Shown: one piece after another, positions 1-13,074 of the stretch
How the letters are laid out: each line of letters starts with the position of its first letter
Position numbering within the stretch: the first letter of the stretch is position 1
Notes under the pieces: generated by a model
Told to the model about the DNA's origin: nothing
Database searches by the model: none
What the model saw: the letters and a program-made list of their open reading frames with translations, nothing else
Assembly (NCBI RefSeq): GCF_026571515.1
Contig: NW_026855418.1
Location: 62,001 to 126,000 of the forward strand
Direction of reading: 5' to 3'
DNA length: 64,000 bases
DNA from: Ruditapes philippinarum
Taxonomy: Eukaryota
Position numbers and translations under genes: made by a program

Positions 1-54
1 CGATTTTTTTTAACCAGCTTCCCGTTCATAGGCTTTGCCTAATTTCATATGATA

Positions 55-480
55 CTGAGGATATTAATTGTTTAGTTCATTGTAAGAACGGGATTATATT
101 TCACCAAGAGGTATATTTCACAGGTGGCGCATCCATAAATGTAATATGAATTTTTGGTGTTCACAAGATGAAATATATTTCGATCATACACTAAATTAAA
201 GTAACAAATTTTCTTTTTATCATATGCAAATAAATGTTTTTAAAAGACATTTTAAGCTAATACTTAATGGAAAACAAGCGGGTCCGAAAACAAGCCAAAT
301 AATAATAAAACTTGACCTCATTTACGACATCACATCATTTAGTTGGTTTCCAGTACTGTGTACACTAGGTATTTCATTAAAACAAGGTAACAGGCTTAAA
401 TTCAAAACAGTGAAAAATTTCAATTGATAATTTCACTGTTTCAGACAGTAATTTTTTTTTTTTATTTCACTGATGTTATG
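55..480 (-). mobile_element. Hairpin-ended non-autonomous element, opposite orientation to 42869-43281
   Basis: ggtgttcacaagatgaaatatatttcgatc and aaaacagtgaa..ttcactgtt are shared in reverse complement. A decayed relative ends at ~2088. Confidence 0.7.
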
Positions 481-2183
481 TTATTTTAACGACACAAAAT
501 AAAATACGCATTTACGACATTCATATAATTTTGAAAAGTGCCGTATGGCTAGACAATACAGCATATACAGTGTGTCTTTGCTAGCTTTACATGACTCACA
601 TACGGCTAGTATGTTTGGCTACAGTAGCCGTACGGGCCCGTACGGCTAGCCACTTCCATTCATAAACCACCGAAAACATGTATTAAAATTACTGTATACG
701 GTACCTCATACATGTACGATAAATTAATCATTTTGATTCTTTGAATTTAATTCTGATGAAGAATCAGATATGTTCGAAACTGGTAGATCTTAATTAAAAT
801 ATTGTCCATATTTATCCGGTATTGATGTGTGGTTTCTTTACATTCTTCCGTTTTAACCAATAATTTTAAGATAAAACTTCCCGGCACTTCCAGACACTTT
901 ATGAGTTTATCTCCTCCGGACAAAAATATTAACTAAAACACTATGAATATCATATGAACAGATAAATATGAGCCAATCTGACTCAAGCTTAACGTGTATA
1001 GAGTTGACTTAGGGCAGACTTATTTGAAATTCAATGGTTGGTCATGCCCTGATTCAATGCTGTTAATTATTACTTTAAGCCAAACTACTAGATCTTCAAG
1101 AATAATATCATGGCAGAATTTGAATATCTTAAAATAACACATGGTAATTAATTTATATTAATTCAAACAAACTTACCATGTTATGACTAGTCTAGAGTTG
1201 TATCCTTTTACGGTTTCACACACTTTAATATACAATCCCAGCTTGAATAACACTCCTTGCACAGAATTTGTTGAATTTAGGTATATTTATGTTCAACCAA
1301 ACAAAAACTGTAATGGACAATTCATTCACAAAACAGTATATTGTTCGGCAAGTAAACAAATACCCCATCTTTTTATTCAGTGCAATATTTGATGACAATA
1401 TTTTACATGTGTTAGTCAAAATGATCCAATATCCGAATTAATGCACAGTTTCACGGAAATAAAAATCAATCAAATTTCGGGAAATTGTTTGTCACTGCCA
1501 ACCAATTCTTATAAAATCAATGTATCCGTATGCCGTAAAACAAATTAAATTCCATGATTAATAGAATAACACACTTAAATCCCACATTTGAATTATCCAC
1601 GTTTCATCGATTCACATTTTCATTATGGCGGCTTTTATGAAAATATGAAAAGATCAATGGATTACCGAGTATTACTTCGCCGAATCTAAGTAAATAATAC
1701 TTTTACAAAATGATGCAAAAATGATTTTTTCATCAAATTCATGCAGTCCATATTCGAATTCAAGAAGATGAGACCACATTAGTGGTGTATAAATTGAAAA
1801 TTGGGCAATAAATATCCGAACACTTTTTTTTAACGTATTAGTAAATATTAACTCAGACGCGTACATATTGGGGCTCCAAACGGGAAAACATGAATCGCCA
1901 AAATGTTGAAAGTGTACTTAATTTATACATTCCCGAAAAAATAGCATAAAATAAAAAGAAAATGTGTTTGTTTTTAGTGTAAGATGACATTTTATTTATC
2001 TTGTGAGCTTTAAAAACAGTATTCTCAAAATTCTCAAAATATTGTAAAATTTCATCTTACACAAAAACAAACAAATATCCTCTATATAAACATTTTTGTT
2101 CATACAGGTACTTTGAGATACAAGTGTATATAGCTTTATAGACTAAAACAAACAAAGTCCCATTTTTTCTATAGAATACTTAC

Positions 2184-2621
2184 AACTTGAGGAAAGAGCA
2201 CTCCTTAGACTCATAGGTTCAACTTTCCATGACAATGAGCACGGGAATCTAAGTAATACACTGACGGTTGAAGAAATTTTTGATAAACATTGTTTGCTTT
2301 GACTGTCATCCATATATTTCAAAAGCGTGAGGATGCCTGTAACCGAGGAACAGGAAATTGGTAAAATGATACTCCCTATAAGAGGTTTGCCAACTCCGTC
2401 AGACAGGTCTTCTATATCACTGAACCATTCAATTAAATCATCTAGCAATTGTAGTGTAGGTTCTCCGTACCATTCAACCCTTTGTGTTATTATTCTTCTA
2501 ATTTCATCGCTACGAATTGCAGTATCACTATATATTATCTCGACAAACTCAAACAGTAAGTCGTTGGCTTTCCTTTGCTTTTCTTCAGTATCACATTCGG
2601 CTTGTATGATTATTCTTAACT
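2184..2621 (-). CDS. HEPN gene paralog (copy A), coding exon 3: TRADD-N-like domain
   Basis: cttcag|AG...AGTT|gtaagt, 438 nt, open. By hand count 18 of 146 aa differ from copy B. Downstream exons were not found in the window. Confidence 0.8.
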
Positions 2622-2839
2622 CTGAAGGTGATCATAAAATTTCCGAAATAGAAAAGAAATTACACACAGATCATTATAACATCATTATATCATTATTTAT
2701 TTATTTAGAAGCATGCGTATCGTACTTTCAGTGTGTGGATTTAAGGAAATATTAAAGAAATGAGCATTTTACAGCCAATATGTTATTTTTCACATTAGGT
2801 ATTTGAAATAAATATTAAAACATCAAAATGGTGGATTAC

Positions 2840-2920
2840 CTCGTGAATATTTATATTTTGTTTTCCGCAAGTGTTTGTTTTGCAAGTCGGTTAATTTCCG
2901 AAGTATTATTTCCTGGTTTC
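2840..2920 (-). CDS. HEPN gene paralog (copy A), coding exon 2 (GNQEIILRKLTDLQNKHLRKTKYKYSR)
   Basis: tttgacag|...CGAG|gtaatc, 81 nt, phase 1-1, homologous to 47456-47536. Confidence 0.8.
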
Positions 2921-2995
2921 CTGTCAAACACATTATTGTAATGTAGTGAAATCGTGAAAGTATATTAAATGGAATAAAAGGATATATCAATATTA

Positions 2996-3400
2996 TACGA
3001 GGGGTATTCAAATATGAATGCAACTGAGTCAATTTGTAGAAGTGCTTAACAAACAGTGCCAAAATAAATCTCTAAATCCTTTAAAATATATACCACCATG
3101 TGAAATACAGAGTCCAATTTCTTAAATGCGTTTTCATAGTCTTTTCGGGGTATACTGTTTAGAAAATGGAAAAAAGCCGGACAGAGATTTTTTCGCATAC
3201 GAGTTTTTCTTCAATTAAGGTGTTTTTGAGACTCGAAAATAGGAACAAATCACTAGGGACTAGATATGGCGAATAAGGAGGGTGAGGAAATCTACAACCG
3301 TTTCCCTGTTTCAGATATTCTCGTACAATGGCCGCTTTTTTTGACGAAACATTGCCATGCAACAACCTAACCAGTTACTTGTCGACCAGTTACCTGTCGA
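2996..3400 (-). mobile_element. Mariner transposon relic (3' end)
   Basis: TACGAGGGGTATTCAAA terminal sequence at 2996. The translation LHGN...HPPYSPYLVPSDLFLF is a decayed HDNA / HPPYSPDLAPSD mariner motif. Absent from the paralogous intron. Confidence 0.85.
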
Positions 3401-5641
3401 TTTGCACTACCTGGATCCGAGGCTTGAATATTATTTAATGTGAAATATAATGAATTGGTACTATTTGATACTGTTCAAGTTATGACTACAGCTGAAATAC
3501 TAAAATATTCTGAAAAATTTAATATATGGCGGCCATCTTTGATTTTGGCTGCCATATTGGATTCACACAATCCGGATCCCAGGCTTAAATCAAAAGTATT
3601 GTCTCAACCAACAACTGTGCCAAGTTTCATGCTTTTCACAAGAGGTCACAATTCCTTCTATTTTATGCATAGATTTCTTGGAGTATTTGGACTCCATATT
3701 ATTTGAAACTTTTGTAGGAGGAAAGAGCATCTGAGAATTCCAATGTTATTCTACCAAATAAAATCGAATGTAGGTAATGTGACTTTGGGAATGTTTGAAT
3801 TTTTACCCTTTGGCAACAATAATACACTGTTCTCAAACATGTTATAAATGTGATATAACACAAAATTCACAGACGTGGCTTATAATGTCAATGTAATCTG
3901 ACATTGATCTACCATTATATGCTAAAATACTTATCAAATGCAATTATTCAGAGAATGTTGACATCCGATGTCTTGTTATCGAATTGTTATTAATCTTTCT
4001 TTGGTACAGAGACTATCGGAAAGATCAAAACAAATGTCAAGCATATATGTGGGAGAGTAACTCATCTAGAACGTTGCGTTAATGGCTGACCTTTATTTTC
4101 TTTAAATATGTGGCACTTTTTGACATTTTTTTTAATTAATGATTTTGATAAATTGAGTTAAAGTTTTTTTTAAACCACACTTTAGAATAAATTAAAAGAA
4201 ACGCAAAGGTCAGACAAACAAAATTTAAAGTCGTTACCGGATCTGATGTAATATGTGATCCCGTTCTGGAGCTACTTTGATATCTATCAGTTTCAGTTTC
4301 AGAATACTTCTCTAAAGCCTACTATATTGACGAATAAACTGATTAAGCAACAACAACAGAAAACTGTGTGTACGTGCTTTATGACAAATATGTGATTGAT
4401 ACCAATAAGCTTTGTTGCACTTATTTATCTTAGCTGTTGAACATAAAATGCAATATTCCACAATTGTCATATTGTATCAGTCCCACAAGTTATTTAAATC
4501 TTTAACAATTTAAGTTCCCTAAAAACCTTTTCCATACGGAAACTATTAGATAAAAAGGTATGAGCATTACTAGGATAAATGTTTTGTATACACACCAAAA
4601 TTCATAAATAGCAACAATTTTTCACAGCAATCCTGCAAGTTTTTGATTACTTGCTTATGCCCTGATTATTTAGTGATCCTGACTTTGTTTGAAATAAAAA
4701 AACAAAATGCAAATTTAGATATAAACTTTAAATTTGATTAAAAAAATGTCATCCTTGTCGTACTGACAGTAAAGTCAAGCTACTTCTATTTTTAAGTTTA
4801 GCAATATGCTTGCTGATTAATACTTATCGTACCTCTTTTCAAGAAATTGTTTGTTTGTTTGTTTCATTTTACACCTTTTCCCAACAGTATTTCAGTCATA
4901 TAGGCGGGTAGTTTCCCAACCATCGTTCCTGGAGAGTTACAACAGTACTTGACTACCTTCCTCCGCGCTAAACTACCAAAGCATCTCCCGCCAGAGAGGT
5001 AACTGGATTAGAAGTCATCGACTCTAACCCCTCGACCTTCGAGACGGTTTTCAAGAAATGTATGCACAGTTACACACTACTTTGCAAGAATTGTACTATT
5101 AATATTTGTATTAAGAGTAGGGATGTCTTAAAATGAAGGTTTTAGCACTTTAAAAAATGAATTTATGTAAGATTATTTTAAGTTATCGAAATAGAGAAAT
5201 TAAATATATATTCAAAATCTATAAAGGAAGACCACTTGCAAAAAGTATCAGGTGCATACATAATGAAACTAGATAGTCTAGTAGAGTTTCTTGTTGATAT
5301 GCCAAATTATCGGTATAGTGAAATTTAGAAAAGGAAATTTCACAGGAACGAATTTAAATAAGGTTACCTAGTGAGGATACCAAGTTCTTTGTACCGATAT
5401 GTTCATATGCCATGCTTGAAGCTTTTGGTACATGAAAAAAATTATTCTGATAAAGGTGTTTAATCAAATTTACCGTAATACAATAGATACACTTTTAACC
5501 CATTCTGACAATATAAGCAGTTAATTGCTATGAAATGGTATTTGTCTTTGTAAGCAAGTATGTAGAATGTATTAATTTGTATAGTTCAAAATAACAATTA
5601 GACCATTCTGGAGTCATAACAATGAAAATTACGTGCATTAC

Positions 5642-6236
5642 CTTGAATAGAAGAGACTTTTTCATTGACGCAGTGTACCATGTCTTCCATAGCTGACAAG
5701 AAACTTGTCTTGAAGTCATAAATCTCTTTAATGAATGTAAAGATGAAATCTGAATCAATTCTGCCTGTTGCCGTTCTTTTGATAATATTTTCGATTTCAA
5801 CTATCCCATTTATTCCTGATGCAATTTGTCGTAAAGCCTGCTCTAGTAGCTGTCGATTGCTAGAATAATCTGATGCATTCATAGACAATTGTGTCGGATG
5901 TCCTTGGAAAGCATTCCGATAGGTCTTCAAAGATTTCAGATAAGCACTTTCTGAAAGGGACAGACCTTTCCAAAAAAGTCGTTTAAGCACAACAAATATT
6001 AGAGTCATATCCCAAGTGTTAATATCTGCGTTTACTGTCGTAGGGGTAGGAAACAAACGATTTTGTTGTTCCTTTAAAACATCGTTAAACTGAGCTCGTC
6101 CATTATGCAGAAGAGTATCGAGTGTGCTACCGCTCTTTGTTGCTTCTCTAAATACAACACCTCGTAATACAAACAAACCTCCCTCGCCTAGCAGCCATAG
6201 GTATCTCAAATACCTCTCTTCATCTAACGATGCCAT
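5642..6236 (-). CDS. HEPN gene paralog (copy A), coding exon 1: DZIP3-like HEPN domain
   Basis: ttgtag|AATG, donor CAAG|gtaatg, 595 nt like copy B. RNAFQGH motif at 5898-5918. By hand count 47 of 198 aa differ from copy B. Confidence 0.85.
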
Positions 6237-9200
6237 TCTACAAGTTAAATTTAAGATGCTACAGTATGACATTATGTGCTTTTTGTATTTATCAGATATT
6301 TGTGTACAACCGAGATTTTAAGAAACGGCTTTTTTCATTTTTGAAAACAACGCAATACAGAGTAATTCTTTGAAACTATTAGCAAAGTGTAAAACTGATA
6401 TAGAAATAAATATTAACTGAAAAATGTACCTTTTAATACATTTTATTATTATTTTGATAACTATGCACACTCAAAACGACACAACACTTAATATTTGTTT
6501 CCATTTCCCGAAACAACGCATTTCTACTTTTCACCTCATAGATCGAGGAAATTATTATAGACTTATACACATTTTAATCTACTATCGATAAAAATATAAA
6601 CATTCCCTACACACTTTGTAAAATCCATTAACTTCAGTAAAGTATTGAAGAGATCTTTTGCCAAATCCTTATGTTCTATAGAAGAACTGTATTAGGACGA
6701 TGTCATTCCATTAGAATTGTAAAAAGCCTAAATAAAACTTTGTATCTTATATTTTAGACCGTTATCCTTATAACATGTTGAATAAAGTACTTATTAGGAT
6801 TGTATTCATCCTAATTAAACTCTTATGTAGTAGTAACAAATTCTTAATAGGAAACAACGCCCTAATTAGGATTAAATTTTTCCTTATAAGGATTATTCAT
6901 ATTTATAAATTTTTAACAGGAGAATTATAGTTACTTCTTCTCATTAGGCTTTTGAAATGTTCGATTACGGGTTGATAAGATCTAATAACTTAAAGGCTTT
7001 TGCAATTTCTAATAATGAATTCATTTTATAAAACATTGAGATTTGGCACCAGGACGGTCCCGTAGTTAGCTATGTGATTATATATAAACAGACAAAATGT
7101 TTAGATATAAGCGCTTTGATTTTATTTATAAATGAAATCGTTGAATACCTTTACAAGAAGCACAGTCCTGCATATACGGTAAATGGCAAAATTATGTCAA
7201 CGATAACAACTTCCTCTTCTTAAATGCATTACTGTTGTTAATACAATGTATATTATAATCCTCGTTTTTTGTAACTTCAATATTTTGTCTTGTATCTTAC
7301 ACTGTATCTCACAGCAGAAACGAGGTCATTAAAAGCGGAAAGTCTTAGCTAATATTATAATAATTGATACATTTGTACACAGCACAACATATACGATATC
7401 GCAAATGAATTTAACTCAAGACATTCAAATATCATTTTTTTGTTGTTGAAAGATTCGCGATACCATTTTGATGTTATAATAATTTTACTTTTATTTAAGA
7501 GTTGCAAACCCTAATAAAAATCTTAACGTAGAATCTTTTGGTTTGCTTGCGATTTTCCCCTGATAGCTCATTTCGAGTAAGCAACATACTCGATTAGGTT
7601 AAGAAAGTTTTTGGGTTCAGATTCTTGTCCAGACAACTCAAATTTTAAATGTCGCTTTAGTGATGTTAACATGTTATCTGAAGAACTTCCTATTCCTATC
7701 CGTTATCCATAAAAACGTATAAAGGTCAAGAATGTTGTGTACAAAGTAACGAAATATTTCATCTTTAAATAGAAAAATACAAGAATTGTGTTTGTATTTG
7801 CATTGTTCAAATATCAATTTCATACTAATTTCATTAACTTGCTAACTTACTTTATTCCATGTGCATATTATTTGCTTCGTAAATGAACATGTTAAACTTT
7901 GTTTGTCTTTATGTACTCGTCATATTTTGCAAATTATAGTAGTTGTTAGTAGTTGTCCTTTTGGTATCAGTATTATTTCATACCATGCATTTTGTTACTG
8001 ATTTGGTATAAATGTTAGATAAAGCAGTTATATTTATCGGCAACAGAGGAAAATAAAATTTCATATAATGTTCAAGACACATTTTCATAGAAACCTTAAT
8101 TATTAACGCTGCACCTACACTTTAATTATAGATATTATTGATTATTGGCTTGCAGCCACGGCTGCAAGCCATCTGTTTTGGAAAAGTTGTTCCGGTTAGG
8201 TGGTTTCCTGCTTACATTTGTTAGTGCATGATTGAACGGGAAACCAGCTACAATCGTACCAATCGCAACTTTTCGGCCCTTTCCGTCACTCTTCGGATTA
8301 ATGATAACAGCCGATGTAGTTCCGATTGCAATCGTGACAATTCGGGCGATTCCGTCATACTGCGGAATCAGACGAAGTAATACTACGGAAATCTAAGCTA
8401 TTTTAGTTACTTCGGTAATCCCAGTTTGTTTATATAAATAGAATTTCTATTTTTACTTGATTTATCGGTTTTAACCGTAATAAATTGTAAACGAAATTGT
8501 TCCGTTTCAATTCTTTTTCAAGACGCAAAAGTTAGTTTCTTTTATAATTGTTTTTTTTGTCTGTATTAGTTTTATACAACAGAGAACGGTTACTGTAGTA
8601 GTATTCCGTCTCCAAAGGGTGGTCCTGCTTACCAAATCACACAGAATATTAGTGCATGATCGAGTTATATTTAGATCTACTGAACGCAATTCAACGTCTT
8701 GGTGAGGTAATCTAAAAATAGCCCATGCATATCATTAACCTTACCACGTGCTGATCTACAGATAGCGCATCGTATCTGTGATCGTGTAACATAGTTGATA
8801 CATGCTTATTAATTGGTACCACGTAACGAAGTATTTTAGTGCATTTACTTGTCTATAAAGCTGCTATATAAATGAAATTAGCAACGATTGATTATTTTCT
8901 TTATTAGTTTTATACAGTAGAGAAGAGATTTCAAATCGTTTTGACAAAAAATATTCGTTTTTACAAAAAACAAACAACTTAATAAACCCTTTATGATATA
9001 TATACCGTAATTCAAAAAAATTGTGGTAAGAAGTTGAAAAAAAACAAACACAATTTTAAATGGTTGGGATGAAGGCACAACTGACTTTTAAAAGGAAACT
9101 TTATTTTTTTATTCATTTGTAATGTATAAGTTTCATTTTACTGTACCTGAGCAAGGTATTTTCGTGGGAGATGTGACACATAAAACATATATATCATCTG

Positions 9201-9439
9201 TTCTGTCTCTGATGCCTTACTTGAATGTTTTTATAGACCATCCTAAATAATCTCGTTTAAGCATGCGAATATGTCAGTATCACAGACAGAACCTGAAAGC
9301 ATTGACAAATACACATTAAATATCATCACCCATTTTGTGTCTGTATTTATACTTACTTAATGGCTATCAGAGTATTATTTTGGAAGATATGCATCTAATC
9401 CTTGCACGTCTGCTGAAAGCAACTCTTTATTGACTCATC

Positions 9440-10790
9440 TTTTGTATCTTCTATCTCTGAACTTATGAATAATGGGCTAAATATTATGTGTTTAAATATT
9501 TAAAGACCTAGGCAAAGGCATGATATACTTGAACTCGAAACACTACCATATGATATCCTTATTTTTAAACCTGGTTGCGTCATAGAGCGCACGCATAGTT
9601 ATGAACTTGATTTACCAAATTTTAAATGCCCGGTATGTTGCGCCAGTACAGACAGGCTCGGTGGTGGAGTAGCGATTTATGTCAGACAAGGCGTAAGATT
9701 TCATGCAAGATCTGATTCATATGAATATGGTATCGAATGTGTTATGTTGAATATTCGTAAACTTCTTCTACGTGGTATTTATAGTCCCCCAGACTCTTAC
9801 AATCAGCATTGTCTCCGTCTTGAACAGTGTATAGATCAAGCATTATCTGAGAAACCTGACAATCCTCGTTGCCGGCGATTTTAACATAAACATATTAAAT
9901 TTTAATTTCAAAGAAACTTTCTAATCTTATAACCTCTAAAAATGCAGAACAACTATTACTACACCAACCCACTGTACAGAAAGCTCTTGTTCACAACTCG
10001 ATGTCATTTTCGTAAAGAACACAATTCACATCTGGAGACTCATTAATACTATAAGTTATTCGCTTTCACTGTCAAATTTTATTACTAATGAGTTTTTCGA
10101 AACCAAAGGGTACAACAAACAAACACAAAATGGCTTAACGATAGGGGTGATTACTCTGGCTACAGAAATATAATTAACTCAGCAAACTGGCAATCCATAA
10201 CAAACACTGACAATAAAATACCAGGTAGATGAAATAGCTAACCGAATAACAAATATCATTTTTAATGCCGCAAACAAACGTATTCCTTACAAACTAGTAA
10301 CAATAAGACCACATTCCATTGATGAAGAACAAAATTTATTAACTAGTAAGAAAACGCTAAAGGGAAAACTGATGAATACGCAGTGATCTTTGAAACGATT
10401 TAGAACAATCAGAAATTCGGCTACCACACAAATCCTTTTGCACATGATCAAATATTGACGTTCTTTACTCACAACTCCTAGATCTAAACTTGCGATCAAA
10501 CTCCTCTCTTCCACAAATTTCAATAACAGCAGATATGATAATGTCAAAGTTGCTATATCGTTAATTGACCCATCGAAAGCCAGATCTTAGTGAAAGAATG
10601 ATCGACTATTCTATCAAAACCACTGTATGACTTTTTCAACATGTTACGTTTACAATCTACCTCTCCTACTTATCGGCAAATGGCCAATTTCACTGCTTTA
10701 TTTATAACGAATGATCCATCTAAGCCTTCGAACTATCGACTAATTTCTCTATAAAGCTGCATATGTAAACTAATGATTCTGTTACACAAC
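9440..10790 (+). mobile_element. Decayed CR1/L2-like LINE (APE endonuclease + start of RT)
   Basis: Motifs in order: DRLGGGVAIYVR (9651-9686), GIYSPP, AGDFN (9871-9885), LDVIF, NYRLISL (10731-10751). Many stops and frameshifts. Confidence 0.85.
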
Positions 10791-11350
10791 ATTTGGCAAT
10801 TGGATACACCATAATTTATTTTTGAATAATACGACAACGACGGTAATATTTACAGAATACATATATAAGATAAGCGGTACATTTTTAGGTATCCAACAAG
10901 TTACTGAGTCAATCCTTTTTTTACGGAGAGAAAAGATTAGGGACAGTATAGAGGAAGTATTTGATCAAGCAAAATATATTAAATCCATATCCCAGAATGC
11001 GTTTTTGAATTATTTAAATACTGTAAAAGAAACAAAGCTTAAAGATTGTCAGTATAAGACAATAAATTGATGCTTATGAAAAATGCGTTTTTTAATATCG
11101 AATATATATTAAAAATAATGATTTATGCTGATATTGTAAAATTGATAGAGAAAGAATTGAACATTCATTCTATAAATGCCCGTACACCAATACTTTTCTT
11201 TTAGAATTGAAAGAGTAAGTATTTAGTCGAATTTGATATTTCAGACATGAAAGGCATACTGTTCTCCTATTATGGAAAAACATTCTACTTCGAATTATTA
11301 GCAATGTGGTATGTTTATATAAAAAAAATAGAGAAAATTGTCAAAATTTA
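10790..11350 (+). mobile_element. Possible L1/Tx1-like LINE 3' relic
   Basis: ERIEHSFYKCP near 11150-11182 resembles the E..EH.F..CP zinc-knuckle end of L1/Tx1 ORF2. Otherwise highly decayed. Confidence 0.35.
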
Positions 11351-11782
11351 TAAATAATAATTATGTTTTTAATATTACACGCACGCCTTCTTCGTTTGGA
11401 TTGTTGCTTCCTGAACTTTGATCTTCATAACAAGTGAATTATCTAGTCTGTTGTGAAATAGAGACAGTGCAACACTTTTTCTTTTACGCCTTAGATTTTA
11501 CGATATTATAAGAAGCATGCATTTACGCCCCCTACCAGGTCCCCCTGACACTTTACAATCTCTTGTACAGGGATGACCGCATGAGCTTTAACCTGAACGA
11601 AAAATTCATTCCTAAAGTTCATCAGTTTAAACAAGCTCAAAAACGTTTTACCAACTAATAACCACTTTTTCTGTTATTTCCCTTAAATATTGTGTGCCAA
11701 CTTATATTTTCTATTATTTATCTTAAGTCTTAACTTAATATAGGAATTTTTAATTTTTTGTCTTCTTTTTCTTCGAACATCT

Positions 11783-11833
11783 ATAGATAGATGGATGGAT
11801 GGACGGACGGACGGACGGACGGACGGACGGACG

Positions 11834-11875
<42 letters not shown>

Positions 11876-11880
11876 TAGAT
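11783..11880. repeat. Compound tetranucleotide microsatellite (GATA)-(GATG)-(GACG)-(GACA)-(GATA)
   Basis: Read directly from the sequence. Confidence 0.97.
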
Positions 11881-13074
11881 CTCCATTTGAATAATTAAAT
11901 TATTTAATCCTTGTTAAAACAATATTTTATTGTGCAATAGAAACTGTTTGGAGTAATCTCCTTATATTATAGATAATCGACAAAACTATTCTACTTCATT
12001 GAGCTCTAGGCAACAATGTTTCAACAAATTAATTTATTATAATTATTTATCTGATTTGCTTTTTACTGTATTATTCTAATCAAATATGGGCACAAGTACC
12101 TTAGGTATGGAAAGGAATTTACATAATTCATGCGTGATTTGTTTCCATACATTACAAATTATGCTTTTTTGAATTTATAATATTGATAAATCTTTCACAT
12201 TTATGATATAAAGTTATAAAAAATTGATTTACTGGATCTTCAAACCAATCTCATGGTGTGTTTTTTTCCCTTTTTTATTTGTTATTTATAAAAGGAGCCT
12301 CACCGAGGTATAAAAACGGAACACATAAATGTTTAATTCCAACATACATCTAGTGAATAACTTGAATTGAAAGATCTGTGAAATATATTAAAGGAAGATA
12401 TTCATAATCATATCAACTTCGATTTGTTTGAGTGATTCCTTCCCCGATATAAATGCAAAGCGTTTCTACGCCTTCCATTGGATGTCATTTTGCAATATAA
12501 AAATATTATTCTGGAAAGAAACAGAGCTAGGAAATGATATAAAAACTTGTACACAAGTTATAATGGTTCAGACTTACACAATCAACATAATTCTCTTAAA
12601 ATAAGGACTATAAGAAACAAAGTAGAGTGGTCCCTTTAGGAAAATATATAATTTTACCATTTTTGCGAATATGAAAATAAATATATAATACAACTCACCA
12701 AACACTTCACATCACATCACAGATATTTTAATATTTCTTTTTCAGAATACCTGTTTTGTTTTTAAGATAATGTTTAGTTTTATGACCTAAATTTCTTATC
12801 TCATTTATTTGTATAAATCCCTGACTGAAGTGATCAGATTATTTATCTATTCAGTGTCATACCGTTTAACATATGATCGGATAAAACAGCTCGACGAAGG
12901 AATGTTTTCAAATACATGACATTTATGTTTTACATTTGCAAATCACTTAAAACCTACAAAACGTAAATACATTTCTCCCGGTTTTTAAAAATGACTTCAG
13001 CTTTCTAGTAGAATATAAACATGTATAAAGATAAAGTACGAAGATGAGCTTTAACATGAATGAAATTCTTTATG

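Noticed and set aside
1177-1256. Possible next exon of copy A ending at a strong donor (ATG|gtaagt)
   Set aside because: Weak acceptor, and no homolog in copy B. It cannot be supported without transcripts.
2327-2755. Plus-strand ORFs 2327-2755, 46834-47202, 45515-45949 and 42048-42368
   Set aside because: These are antisense shadows of the minus-strand exons. Splice sites and motifs support the minus strand.
5367-5447. Possible extra exon in intron 1 of copy A (ag...tag|gtaacc)
   Set aside because: Stop codon in the required phase, and the donor is not conserved in copy B.
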